From Leucoraja ocellata (taxonomy: Eukaryota): 64,000 nt of DNA. The first letter of the stretch is position 1, and each line of letters begins with the position of its first letter. A program made the translations under genes and the position numbers. The stretch lies in the NCBI GenBank assembly GCA_036785375.1, contig JAWMAR010000666.1, positions 620,001 to 684,000 of the forward strand. The letters run 5' to 3'. Positions 36,013 through 49,305 of this stretch are shown here, in pieces. The notes under the pieces are model-generated. The model was not told where the DNA came from and made no database searches. It worked only from the letters and a program-made list of their open reading frames with translations.

Positions 36013-38043
36013 CTGTGTGTCGATGCTGTATGGACCTAAAAGATCCTTATGAGTCATAAATTTCACAACATCATATTTCTGAGCCATCATTAACTATCTT
36101 TTCATCCAAGTGTTCTCTGTCTGAAATACTCAAAGATCAATAGGAATTCTAGGATGTGGCTTGTTTTCTCTTAAGGAACAAAGGCTGAAGGTTGAACTAA
36201 TAGAAATCTTTAAACTGCTGAAAAATTGGGTGCAGAGAGAGTGGTTTTATTTTGTGGGGGAAAACAAAACCAAATTGCAGATAATTAACAAGAAATGCAA
36301 CAGCAGCAGGAGAAATAAGATGGTGGTGTGATTGAAATATTGACTCTCTGAGACAAGGTTAGAACAAAGCACATGGAATATGGAACAGTACAGGCCCTTT
36401 GGCCCACAATGTCTGTGCCCTTTGTTTCACCGAGTCCACGTCGACGGGTTCACACCAGTGCCACCTATACGCTGTACGGAACAGCGACAATGTACGGAAG
36501 CGAATTAAACTAAAAAACTGCACGTCTTTGTAGTGTGAGAGGAAACCAGAGCTCCCACCCAGACAAAACCCACGTGGTCACAGGGAGAAAGAACGTACAG
36601 ACAGCACCCGTAGTCAGGATCGAACCCAGGTCTCTGGCGCTGTAAGGCAGCAAATCTACCGCTGCGCCACCGTCCCTTAAGGTTAAGATTCTAAGGTTAG
36701 ATTTTCATAACAGGCAACAAAGTCATCTGCATAATAGTATCAGGATATCAATGCACAGTTGGTTGCTCATCTGTTTGACAAATTAGGTACGGCTTGGTTT
36801 AATTTCAGACCCTAATGAAAATGTCGCAGATGGTGCTTGCATTTTAAACCTCATTAATACTGAGACATCTCAGATATAATGTGATATTTATGGAGATTAC
36901 TGATATGCTGGAAATCAATACACAGACTCCTTTGAAATTGGCAAAATAATATAACTGGATGATTATTCAACAAATGTGGGCATTTACTTATCTTTGTATT
37001 GCTCACTTCATTTCTAGAATTAGCATGAACAGATAATATTGTTCTTTAACCATTATTAGTTCTAGAATACATTTTGGATGTTTACAAAATTCACAGTGTA
37101 GGTAATTAAAGCAGGCAGAGCAACAGGTTGGATACCAAGAGATGCAGGCATAGAGTTAGAGTAATTCGGCACAGCAACAGGCCCTTCGGCCCACCCAGTC
37201 TGTGCCGACCACCCATCCCCCAGTGGCCAATCAACCCACTGATCCGCTTGCCTTTGGGATGAGGGAGGAAACCGGAACACCCACCCACACGGTCACAGGG
37301 TGGACGTGCAAACTCCACACAGACAGCCACTGAGGTCAGGATTGAATCTGGATCTCCAGCATTGTGAGACAGCAGCTCTACCCGCTGCATCACTGCCGCC
37401 CTTTTGACCAGGGCTGGGTCTTTATCTCATTTCCAAATGCAATTACTAATTTTACTTCCCCTTTCACCCAAAGAGTTGTGAATCTGTGGAATTCTCTGCC
37501 ACAGAAGGCAGTGGAGGCCAATTCACTGGATGTTTTCAAGAGAGAGTTGGATTTGGCTCTTGGGCTAACGGAATCAAGGGATATGGGGAGAAAGCAGGAA
37601 CAGGGTACTGATTTTAGATGATCAGCCATGATCATATTGAATGGCGGTGCTGGCACGAAGGGCCGAATAGCCTACTCCTGCACCTATTTTCTATGTTTCA
37701 ATATTCTGCTGTTAAACAATGCATTTCCCACACATTCAACAGCAGTTCAATATCAATGTGGTGCTGGCATCCAGCTGACTAACAACTGTAATAAAGTTAG
37801 ACTTTACTTCCCAGGGACAAATTTAACCAAAGAATGTGACTGAATGAAATCTAAATAAATAATATTGCCCTTTGAGTGATATCTGTAATGAGAATCTCTT
37901 TCTTTGACTTTACAAAAAATATATTCTCTGTTACCGCCAATCTTTCTTTTTATTTGATAATCCCGCTCCTCATTATTTGCAGTTATTTTCCACATTCTGC
38001 AGTTCCTTCACAACCCATCTTTTAGATATTATTCATTTATTCT

Positions 38044-38342
38044 TACGGTGGCACAGTGGCACAGCGGTAGAGTTGCTGCCTTACAGCACCAGAGGCCCGG
38101 GTTCGATCCTGACTACAGGTGCTGTCTGCGAGGAGTTTGCACGTTCTCCCTGTGACTCGCATGTGTTTTCACCCACATTCCAACGATGTGCATGTTTGTA
38201 GGTTAATTGGCTTTGGTAAAATTGTAAACTTGGCCTTAATGTGTAGTGCAGTGTTAGTGCACAGGGTGATCGCTGGTCGGCGTGGAGTCAGTGGGCTGAA
38301 GGGCCTGTTTCCATGCTGTATCTCTAAAGTAAAGTCTAAAGT
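38044..38342 (+). mobile_element. tRNA-derived SINE
   Basis: A-box tggcacagcgg, B-box ggttcgatcc, CR1-like 3' tail gaagggcctgtttcc...ctaaag. Confidence 0.85.
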
Positions 38343-38594
38343 ATTCTGGTCTAAGTATGGCTGAGGTCCAATCAGATCAGATAATAGTAAACATCAGTAC
38401 AATCACCGCAAACCCATGTAGAATATGGAGAAAAGGGAAGGAGCAGAGTGAGAAGTAGTTGTTGTCCCGTCTGGTGGTGCAGCTTTCTGTATCTTTCACC
38501 TCACAGCAGCAGGGAGATGAAGGGATGACCAGTCTGGGACAGTCTGTGGTTATGTTGGCTGCTTTCCTGAGGCAGCGTTTAAGTGTAGATGGAG

Positions 38595-39445
38595 GGGAGT
38601 GTGATGGACTGGGCTACATCTATAATGGTGGGGAGTGTGGTGGACTGGGCTACATCTATAATGGTGGGGAGTGTGGACTGTGTGATGGACTGGGCTACAT
38701 ATATAATGGTGGTCTGTGTGATGGACTGAGCTACATCTATAATGGTGGACTGTGTGGTGGACTGGGCTACATCTACAATGGTTGGGAGTGCGGTCTGTGT
38801 GATGGACTGGGCTACATCTACAATGGTGGGCAGTGTGATGGACTGGGCTACATCTACAATGGTGGGGAGTGTGATGGGACTGGGCTACATCTACAATGGT
38901 GGGCAGTGTGATGGACTGGGCTACATCTACAATGGTGGGCAGTGTGATGGACTGGGCTACATCTATAATGGTGGGGAGTGTGGTGTGTGATGGACTGGGC
39001 TACATCTACAATGGTTGGGAGTGTGGTGGGACTGGGCTACATCTACAATGGTGGGGAGTGTGGTGGGACTGGGCTATATCTACAATGGTGGGGAGTGTGG
39101 TCTGTGTGATGGACTGGGCTACATCTACAATGGTTGGGAGTGTGGTGGGACTGGGCTACATCTACAATGGTGGGGAGTGTGATGGGACTGGGCTACATCT
39201 ACAATGGTGGGGAGTGTGGTGGGACTGGGCTACATCTACAATGGTGGGGAGTGTGGTCTGTGTGATGGACTGGGCTACATCTATAATGGTGGGGAGTGTG
39301 GTCTGTGTGGTGGGACTGGGCTATATCTACAATGGTGCGGAGTGTGATGGGACTGGGCTACATCTACAATGGTGGGGAGTGTGATGGGACTGGGTTACAT
39401 CTACAATGGTGGGGAGTGTGGTGGGACTGGGCTATATCTACAACA
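38595..39445 (+). repeat. Variable-unit (about 33-43 bp) minisatellite, same core as 17593-18029, embedded in a Rex/Babar LINE remnant
   Basis: GGACTGGGCTACATCTACAATGGTGGG core repeated more than 20 times. Confidence 0.93.
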
Positions 39446-40194
39446 TCTACAACACTCTACAATCTCTTGTGGTCTTGGGCAGGGCTGTTACTTTGATACA
39501 ACCCAACATTCTGCTTCCTGTGGAATATCTGTCGAGGTTTGTTAGAGTCGATGGAGACGCTGAATTTCCCGTCTCTGAGGGAGTAGAGGCGTTGGGATGC
39601 CATCTTGTCCGTCACATCAATGGGGTTGAACCACGACAGATGATTCTTTAATGTACTTCTGTACACGTGAGAATAATGAACTAAACTCACATTGACACAA
39701 AACGTTGGAGTAACTCAGTCGGTTTATTTTGTAGATTGACCGGTTGTGTTACTCCAGTACTTTGTGTCTTATTTTGTAAACCGACATCTGCGGTTCTTTG
39801 GGGATAAACTAATATTGCTGGTGTGTGTTATACGCAGTAGTACCAACATCTCCCTTTATCCCTGAACTCATGTTGCCCCTGGGAGATTGGACCTTCCCTT
39901 GTGTGAGGGGTCACCCTCGGGACTTGGCCCCTCAATGTCTCTCAATCTCCCTCAATGTCTCTCGTCCCCTCAACATCAGTCAGTGTCCAGTGCTCCCTCA
40001 TTGACCAACTGACCCTCAGTGACCAATGGTCCCTCAAAATCTCCCTCATGTCCCTCATTTCCCTCAGTGTCCGGCTTGGCGCCAATATGTGAGGGTGGGG
40101 GGGTCACGCGGGCTCGAGGCCGGAGCGAGCGGACAATCGCTTTGCACGAGCTGTCCATCGCGCGCTGAAGTTTGGCGCTGACGGACAGCGGTCT

Positions 40195-40330
40195 CCGCCA
40201 ATCGGATGGACTGTCCACCCCATGGCCAATCGCCGTGGCCGGAGCGAGGTCCAATGGTCAGCGAGGGGGGCGGGACCTGGCGGTGGCTATAAAAGGCGGC
40301 GCTGGTCGAGCAGCGTCCGCAGTGTCCACC
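40195..40330 (+). promoter_or_regulatory. Compact Pol II promoter-like cassette in CpG-rich DNA
   Basis: Three CCAAT boxes (~40197, ~40226, ~40250), GC box GGGGCGGGAC (~40267), TATAAAAG (40288). Confidence 0.55.
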
Positions 40331-40745
40331 AGTGTCCGGAGAAGAACCTCGATGCGCGCTCCCACCGCGAGTGGACAACAGCGTCGCGCCCTCGCCCTCG
40401 CCCTCGCCAGGGATCCTTCAAGACACAACCCATCGCGCTGGTCATCCCACTGGTCAACGAGGCTTCACCGGCCGGACCGGGTCTGCGCTCCGGACACAGC
40501 GAAGGGTCAAGACCAAAGACATCTCCCCTCTCCCCCAATTTAATAAAATATCCTCTCATGGGTCACTCCTTCCTTCCCACCCGCCCTGTCCAAACATCCA
40601 CTGACCGGCGGAAGAGGGGTGAGTATGAAGGGGGGTGAGGGCGGGGAGTCTCTTTCTTGTGTCATTTTGCTCCATTGATGCTTTTTCGCGGTTACACAAA
40701 CTCACCGGCGCTCAAGTCTCCGCAAGTCCAGCTGCGCACAAAGGA

Positions 40746-43472
40746 ATGTGAAGAGGAAAAAAATAGTTGAGACCAAAGTTGGACCCTTGAAGACTGAAAA
40801 GGGTGAATTTATTATGGGGAACAAGGAAATGGCAGATGAGTTGAACAGGTACTTTGGATCCGTCTTCACTAAGGAAGACAAACAATCTTCCTGATGTACT
40901 AGTGGCCAGAGGATCTGGGGTGACAGAGGAACTGAAGGAAATCCACATTAGGCAGGAAATGGTATTGGGTAGACTGATGGGACTGAAGGCTGATAAATCC
41001 CCAGGGCTTGATGTTCTGCAGCCCAGGGTACTTAAGGGAGTGGCTCTAAACATTGTGGACGCATTGGTGATAATTTTCCAATGTTCTATAGATTCAGGAT
41101 CAGTTCCTGTGGATTGGAGGGTAGCTAATGTTATCCCACTTTTTAAGAAAGACGGGAGAGAGAAAACGGAATTATAGACCAGTCAGCCTGACATGGGTGG
41201 TGGGGAAGATGCTGGAGTCAATTATAAAAGATGAAATAGCGGCACATTTGGATAGCAGTACAGGGCCTGTCCCACTTTGCAATTTCTTTGGCGACTTTGA
41301 GCGTCAGTGACTGACGCCCGTAAAACCGTCAAGTTGTACGACGTACACGCTGACGTATGCTGTCCTGCGGGTGATGCCCGGTTAGGGTCAGGGCTATGGA
41401 CCACAGATGGGCTGTAGAATATTCTTCCTTCAATGCATGGATTTTAAACATTAATATATTAAAATTAATACAATAAAATCAATAGTGCAAATGAAAAGAT
41501 GTCTGAAACGTTCAGTTTTATTTATACAGATGTATTGGTTAAGTTCCAAATCTAATCACTGTATCTAACTTTTCACAGGGATGGTTCAGTCAATGTAGAC
41601 TGAACTCCCCTCTCCCCCTTCTTCCCTTCCCCCCTCATCCTCCCTTCTACCCTATCCTCTCTTCTCCCCCTTCTCCACTCCAAACCCTTCCCCTCACATC
41701 CCCTTCTCCCTCCCTCCTTCCCTTCTCCAACCCCCCACTTTCCCCGATGCCCCCCATTTGTGGACCCATCCTGCCACCAGCGAATATCCGCACACTATCC
41801 CACACACTAGGGACAATTTATACAAATCATAGCCCTAATCCTAACACTAACACTAGCACAAACCCTAACACTAACTGTAACCCTAACCACAAGTCTAACT
41901 CTAGGTAGATAGGCTTGGTATAAGTATAAGTTGTCCCTGGCATGTGTGGGAGAGTGTGCTCGGGATCGCTGGTTGGTGCGGACTCAGTGGGCTGAAGGGC
42001 AATGTATCACTGAATGTGACACAGTGGCCCCAAACTCGAACCCCCAATGTTCTGTCTGCTCCTCATGGGAACTAAACTTGGCCAGGAGTTGTCCCAGAGG
42101 ACAGAACTCTCTTCCAATGGTCTCTCCAAACCCCCAGAGGGAGCGGCTTTCCCTCTGAAAAGTTAGAGACGGTGACTGGAGATAGAAGCAGACCAATACA
42201 TCTGTAAATAAAACTGAACAACTCAACACATATTTTAATTTGCACAATTGATTTTATTGTATTCGTTTTAATATATTAATGTTTAAAATCCATGCATTGA
42301 AGGAAGAATATTTTACAACCCATCCATGGTCCCTAACCCCAACCCTAACCCAAACCGGGCATCACCCACAGGACAGCATACGTCAGCGTGTGACAGGGCA
42401 CAACATTGGGGCACATGGTATTGGGGGTAGAGTGCCGACATGGATGGAAAATTGGTTGGCAGACAGGAAACAAAGAGTCGGGATTAACAGGTCCCTTTCA
42501 CAATGGCAGGCAGTGACTAGTGGGGTACCGCAAGGCTCGGTGCTGGGACCGCAGCTATTTACAATATACATCAATGATTTAGGTGAAGGGATTACAAGTA
42601 ACATTAGCAAATTTGCAGATGACACAAAGCTGGGTGGCAGTGTGAACTGTGAGGAGGATGCTATGAGAATGCAGGGTGACTTGGACAGGTTGGGCGAGCG
42701 GGCAGATGCATGGCAGATGCAGTTTAATGTGGATAAATGTGAGGTTATCCACTTTGGTAGCAAAAACAGGAAGGCAGATTATTATCTAAATGGCGTCAAG
42801 TTGGGAAAAGGGGAAGTACAATGGGACTTGGAGGTCCTTGTTCATCAGTCAATGAAAGTAAGCATGCAGGTACAGCAGGCAGTGAAGAAAGTCAATGGCA
42901 TTTTGGCCTTCATAAAAAGAGGAATTGTGTACAGGGCCCTAGGGAAACCACACCTGGAGTATTGTGCGCAGTTTTGCTCTCCAAATTTGAGGAAGGACAT
43001 TCTAGCTATTGAGGGAGTGCAGCGTAGGTTCACAAGGTTAATCCCGGGATAGCGGGACTGTTATATGCTGAGAGAATGGAGCGGCTGGGCTTGTATACTC
43101 TGGAATTTAGAAAGATGAGAGGGGATCTTATTGAAACATGTAAGATTATTAAGGGTTTGGACACGTTAGAGGCAGGAAACATGTTCCCGATGTTGGCAGA
43201 GTCCAAAACAAGTTTCAGAATGAGGGGTAAGCCATTAACACAGACGAGGAAACACTTTTTCACACAGAGTGTTGTGAGTCTGTAGAATTCTCTACCTTAG
43301 AGGGCGGTGCAGGCCGGTTTTCGGGATACTTTCAAGAGAGAGCTAGATAGGGCTCTTAAAGATAGCCGAGTCAAGAGGATATGGTACTGATTGTGGATGA
43401 TCAGCCATGATCACATTGTATGGTGTTGCTGGATCGAAGGGCCGAATGGCCTACTCTTGCACCTATTGCCTA
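40746..43472 (+). mobile_element. CR1 LINE ORF2 3' portion, interrupted by a TIR element
   Basis: [30 protein letters not shown]; 3' tail at ~43400-43472. Confidence 0.9.
41262..42401. mobile_element. Harbinger-like non-autonomous element with long inverted repeats
   Basis: agggcctgtcccactt left end; 41345-41480 is the reverse complement of ~42240-42391; internal CCCTAA-like repeats. Confidence 0.75.
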
Positions 43473-44194
43473 TTGAAGCAAGGTTGTGTCCCAGCTCCCA
43501 TGCTGTTCGGCATTTTCCTATCTGCCCTCTGTCATTTGTATTCACGACTGACACAGAAGGAGCAAATCTTCACACTAGAAGCGACAGGAACCTCTTCATT
43601 CTAGCAACGCTGAAAGCCAAGACCAAGTTAAGAACTGCTTATAAATGTTCAATGGTTCTTTATCAGTCGTATTTACCGAGCTAAAGTGAAATTCATTTCT
43701 GTATACAGTTTAATACATGTTTCACCATACATAATCACTATGACAAATCTTAAATAAGCATCTCGGATACTGTACAAGTGTATAACTAGTAGATTGAGAT
43801 AGTGGACAGAGAGGCCAGGTTTGGTGCCTTTATTCAAGTGTCAGTTTGTAAGTGCAGGGTTCTTGTGTTGTTCTGTTGGCAGGGTGTGTGCGGGTGGGGG
43901 GGGGGGGGGGGGGTGCAGCGAGCATTGTTGAGCGTTGGGGGGTATGTGTGTGGGCGGAGTGTGCGGGCGGGGGAGGGGTGTGTGTGGGTGGGGGGAAGGG
44001 GGTTGTGTCAGAGGGGGGTGTGGGGGCGGGGGTGTGTGTGTTGGGGAGGGGGTGTGGGTGGGAGGGTGTGTAGTGGACAGGGTACGGGGGGAGGGGAGGA
44101 TGTGGGAGGGAGAGAGGGGGGTGAGGGTGGTGTGTGTGGGGGGATGTATTTCTAGCTGTAGATTAGCAAGTCTAATTGCAACAACACAAAAGTG

Positions 44195-44910
44195 CTCAAC
44201 TTGGGAGTTTGTGGAGATCCTCCGTGATGGATTCTTAGAGCAGCTTGTACTGGAGCCTACCAGGGAGAAGGCAATTCTGGATTTAGTGTTGTGTAATGAA
44301 CAGGATTTGACAAGGGAACTCAAGGTAAAGGAGCCATTAGGAGGTAGTGACCATAATATAGTCATGTTTAATCTACAATTGGAGAGGGAGAAGTGTAAAT
44401 CGGAGGTGTCAGTGTTACAGTTGAACAAAGGGGACTATGGAGCCATGAGGGAGGAGCTGGCCAAAGTTGACTGGAAAGATACTCTAGCAGGGATAACAGT
44501 GGAACAACAATGGCAGGTATTTCTGGGAATAATACAGAAGGTGCAGGAGCAGTTCATTCCAAATAGGAAGTGAGATTCCAAAGGAAGTAAGGGGCAACCG
44601 TGGCTGACAAAGGAAGTCAGGGACAGTATAAAAATAAAAGAGAAGTATAACATAGCAAAGATGAGCAGGAAGCCAGAGGATTGGGTAACGTTTAAAGAGC
44701 AACAGAAGATAACTAAAAAGGCAATACGGGGAGAAAAGATGAGGTACGAAGGTAAGCTAGCCAAGAATATAAAGGAGGATAGTAAAAGATTCTTCAGGAA
44801 TGTGAAGAGGAAAAAAATAGTTTGGACCAAAGATGGGCCCTTAAAGACTGAAAAGGGTGAATTTATTATGGGGAACAAGGAAATGGCAGATGAGTTGAAC
44901 AGGTACTTTG
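44195..44910 (+). mobile_element. Internal CR1 ORF2 fragment
   Basis: EPTREKAILDLVLCNE...LGGSDHN; KTEKGEFIMGNKEMADELNRYF. Confidence 0.88.
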
Positions 44911-45056
44911 GAGGGGGCGGAGCTTTAATACCCGGAAGTGTGGACGTGCCTCAGCCGCTGCAAGATGGCGAGCGAGAGAGTCACGACTCTCAGTCTGAGC
45001 TGGAAATCTACTGAACACAGAGAATACTGACCTGTGAGTGCTCTTTATGTGTTTTT

Positions 45057-45435
45057 AACTGCCTTTTGTAACTGTGCTTTTAGTAACTGTCTGTCTTTTG
45101 CAACTGTGCCTTTTGCAACTGTCTGCCTTTTGTAACTCTGCCTTTTGTAACTCTGCCTTTTGTAACTGCCTTTTGCAACTGCCTTTTGCAACTGCCTTTT
45201 GCAACTGCCTTTTGCAACTGTCTGCCTTTTGCAACTGTCTGCCTTTTGCAACTGTCTGCCTTTTGCAACTGTCTGTCCCACTTTCCCCGGTGCCGGGCCA
45301 GGTCTCCGCCGCTGCTGCCGCTGCCGCCGCCGCCGCCACAGCCTTGGTGCCGGTCCAGGTCTCCGCTGCTGCTGCCGCTGCCGCCACAGCCTCGGTGCTG
45401 TGCCAGGTCTCCGCTGCTGCTGCCGCTGCCGCCTC
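45057..45435. repeat. 13/17-bp tandem repeat (ACTG[TCTG]CCTTTTGCA)n followed by a GCC/GCT-rich tandem repeat
   Basis: Directly visible tandem units. Confidence 0.9.
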
Positions 45436-45759
45436 ACAGCGCCGTAGACCCAGGTGCTGTCTGTGCAGAGTTTGTATGTTCTCCCCGTGACCCGCGTGGG
45501 TTTTCTACGGGTGCTCCGGTTTCCTCCCACACTCCAAAGACGTGCAGGTTTGTAGGTTAATTGGCTTTGGTAAAAATCCCCAGTGTGTAGGATAGTGCGG
45601 GTGTAGAGGTGAATACTGGTCGGCATGGACTCGGTGGGCCACACTGTATCTCAAAATGAAAACACTTGAGATTTAATATTGTTTGTGCTGGAGTAACTCA
45701 GCGGGTTGAGCAGCATCTCTGGAGAACACGAGTGGGTGACGTTTTGGTTCAGGACATAG

Positions 45760-46232
45760 CAGGCATCACCTTTCAATATGATTTTGGCTGATCATCCAAA
45801 ATCAATACCCCATTCCTGCTATCTCCCCATTTCCCTTGATTCTGTTAGCCCAAAGAGCCACATCCAACACTCACTTGAAAACATCCAGTGAATTGGCCTC
45901 CACTACCTTCTGTGGCAGAGAATTCTACAGATTTTCTGCGTGAAAATGTTTTCCCTCTTCTGAGTCCTAAATGGCCTAACCCGTTATTATTAAACTGTGA
46001 CCCCTGGCTCTGGATTCCCCCAACATCGGGAACATTGTTCCTGCATCTAGCCTTAACTCCTTTAAGAATGTTATATGTTTTCATAAGATGCCCTCTCATC
46101 CTTCTCATTTCCAGCGAATTCAATCCCAGTCGACCCATTCTTTGATCATATGTAAGTCCCGTCACCCCGGATATTGACCTGGTGAACATACGCTGCACTC
46201 CCTCAATAGTAAGAATGTCCTTCTGCAAATTA
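45760..46232 (-). mobile_element. CR1 3' fragment
   Basis: ORF 45845-46228: KDILTIEGVQRMFTR. Confidence 0.8.
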
Positions 46233-47059
46233 GGAAAGGTACAGGAGTGTGAAAACGCCCACCTCCAGATTCAGGGACAGTTTCTTCTCAGCTGTTATCA
46301 GGCAACTGAATCATCCTACCACAACCGAGAGCAGTTCTGAACTACTATCTACCTCATTGGTGACCCTCGGACTATCCTTGCTGGCTTTACCTTGCACTAA
46401 ACGTTATTCCCTTACCATGTATCTATCTATACATTGTAAATGGCTCGACTGTAATCATGCATTGTCTTTCTGCTAACTGTTTTTAACACGCGACAAAAAG
46501 CATTTCTCTGTACACGTGACAATAAACTCAATTGAACTGAGTTCCTTGTATCTAACACTTGAGTCCAGTTGGTTATAACCACTGTGACCTGTGGTCATAT
46601 GGTGAAGTGGTTTATTCCCTTCTGGGCCGGGCTTCCATTCATAAGATCGCAACTTTGTAAACCATCGTCATCAGAGGTGACCTCGTAATGTGCCTGGCCG
46701 GTGACATCATAGTGAACTGCATCCGTAACCATGAGAGACGGAAGGGCTCCATTCCATCCATCAACTTGAAGTGGGTTCACTGTTTGCGAGATATTGAACA
46801 GATCAGAGCTTTAAAATTCAATCTACGTATTTAGAAACAATGGAACCTGTATCAAAAATGCCGGTGGAAAGTGCCAAGCAGGATGATAAAAGGAGATCTA
46901 AGGTAGATTTGAATCCGTTACTAGACCAAGATAAAAGGTGGAGTGACTCAGCGGCTCTTATTCTTAAACTGCGACCCCCTGGTTCTGGACCCCCTACATT
47001 GGGAACATAGGGCTCTACTGCCACCTCTGAGCTTTTCTTTATGGGAGAGAATCCTATCC

Positions 47060-48365
47060 AATATATATATCTAAGCATCTGGATCAACAGGATCTGATTA
47101 GGAACAGTCAACATGGATTTGTGCCTGGAAGGTCATGTTTGACTAATCTTGAATTTTTTGAAAAGGTTACTCGGAAAAATGATGAGGGTAAAGCAGTGAA
47201 TGTTGCACATATGGACTTCAGTAAGGCCTTTAACAAGGTTCCTCGTGGAAGGTTGGTTAAGAAGGTTCAATTGTTGGGTATTAATGGTGGAGTAGCAAAA
47301 TGGATTCAACAGTGGCTGAATGGGAGATGCCAGAGAGTAATGGTGGATGGCTGTTTGTCAGGTTGGAGGCCAGTGACTAGTGGGGTGCCACAGGGATCTG
47401 TGTTGGGTCCACTGTTGTTTGTCATGTACATCAATGATCTGGATGATGGTGTGGTAAATTGGTTTAGTAAGTATGCAGATGATACTAAGATAGGTGGTGT
47501 TGTGGATAATGAAGTAGATTTTCAAAGTCTACAGGCTGGCTGTGTGGGCTGAAAGATGGCAGATGGAGTTTAATGCTGATAAGTGTGAGGTGCTACATCT
47601 TGGCAGGCCAAATCAAAATAGGACGTACATGGTAAATGGTAGTGCATTGAGGAATGCAGGTGAACAGAGGGATCTGGAAATAACTGTGCACAGTTCCCTG
47701 AAAGTGGAATCTCATGTAGATAGGGTGGTAAAGAAATCTTTTGGTGTGCTGGCCTTCATAAATCAGAGCATTGAGTATAGAAGCTGGAATGTAATGTTAA
47801 AATTGTACAAGGCATTGGTGAGGCCAATTCTGGAGTATGGTGTACAATTTTGGTTGGCTAATTATAGGGAGGATGTCAACAAAATAGAGAGAGTACTGTG
47901 GAGATTTACTAGAATGTTGCCTGGGTTTCAGCAACTAAGTTACAGAGAAAGGTCGAACAAAGGTCTTTATTCTTTGGTGCGCAGAAGGTTAAGGGGGGAC
48001 TTGGTAGAGGTCTTAAAAATGATGAGAGGGATAGACAGAGTTGACGTGGACAAGCTTTTCCCATTGAGAGTAGGGAAGATTCAAACAAGAGGACATGACT
48101 TGAGAATTAAGGAACATAGGTTTAGGGGTGACATGAGGGGGAACTTCTTTACTCAGAGAGTGGTAGCGGTGTGGTATGATCTTCCAGTGGAAGTGGTGGA
48201 GGCAGGTTCAATTTTCTCATTTAAAAATAAATTGGATAGGCATATGGATGGGAAAGGAATGGAGGGTTATGGTATGAGTGCAGGTAGATGGGACTAGGGG
48301 AAAATACGTGTTCGGCACGGACTAAAAGGGCCGAGATGGCCTGTTTCCGTGCTGTAATTGTTATA
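47060..48365 (+). mobile_element. CR1 LINE RT and 3' end (different subfamily)
   Basis: [38 protein letters not shown]. Confidence 0.9.
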
Positions 48366-48557
48366 TGGGTATATTGGTTATAACATGGATAGATGACATT
48401 CCACGGAGTGCTGGAGTAACTTAGCGGGTCAGGCAGCATCTGTGGAGAACATGGGTAGGTGACATTTCACGGAGTACTGGAGTAACTTAGCGTGTCAGGC
48501 AGCATCTGTGAAGAATATGGATAGATGATGTTTCACAGGACAATGAAGCTAGTTGGA

Positions 48558-49305
48558 GAATGGTGGCCGATTAGGAAAAGGGGAGATGCAACGAGACCTG
48601 GGTGTCATGGTGTCATTGAAAGTAGGCATGCAGGTTTAGCAAGTAGTGAAGAAAGCAAATGGTATGTTAGCATTCATAGCAAAATGATTTGAGTATAAGA
48701 GCTGGGAGGTTCTATTGCAGTTGTACAGGGTCTTGGTGAGACCACACCTGGAGTATTGTGTACAGTTTTGGTCTCCTAATGTGAGGAAAGACATTCTTGC
48801 CATAGAGGGAGTACAGAGAAGGTTCACCAGACTGATTCCTGGGATGGCAGGACTTTCATATGAAGAAAGACTGGATAGACTCGGCTTGTACACACTAGAA
48901 TTCAGAAGATTAAGGTGGGATCTTATAGAAACTTACAAAATTCTTAAGAGGTTGGACAGGCTAGATGCAGGAATAATATTCCTGATATTGGGGAAGTGCA
49001 GAACTAGGGGTCACAGTTTAAGGATAAGAGGGAAGTTTGTTAGGACCAAGATGAGAAAATCATTTTTTACACAGATAGTGGTGAATCTATGGAATTCTCT
49101 GCCACAGAAGGTGGTTGAGGCCAGTTCATTGGCTATATTTAAGAGGGAGTTAGATGTGGCCCTTGTGGCTAAAGGGATCAGGGGGTATGGAGAGAAGGCA
49201 GGGATGGGATACTGAGTTGGATGATCAGCCATGATCATATTGAATTGCGGCGCAGGCTCGATGGGCCGAATGGCCTACTACTGCACCTATTTTCTATGTT
49301 TCTAA
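48558..49305 (+). mobile_element. CR1 3' fragment
   Basis: ORF 48715-49215; ttctatgtttct tail. Confidence 0.9.

Noticed and set aside
35560-36090. Functional chimeric host-CR1 protein
   Set aside because: The host-derived part has an in-frame stop just upstream and belongs to a decayed exon; the in-frame fusion is likely chance or microhomology
38044-38125. tRNA gene
   Set aside because: A/B boxes continue into SINE body and tail; multi-copy SINE head with no full cloverleaf
41833-41895. Interstitial telomere
   Set aside because: Degenerate CCCTAA-like units internal to a TIR element
45045-45644. Poly-Ala / KRQ-repeat ORFs
   Set aside because: Open in several frames on both strands because of tandem repeats; no coding signal
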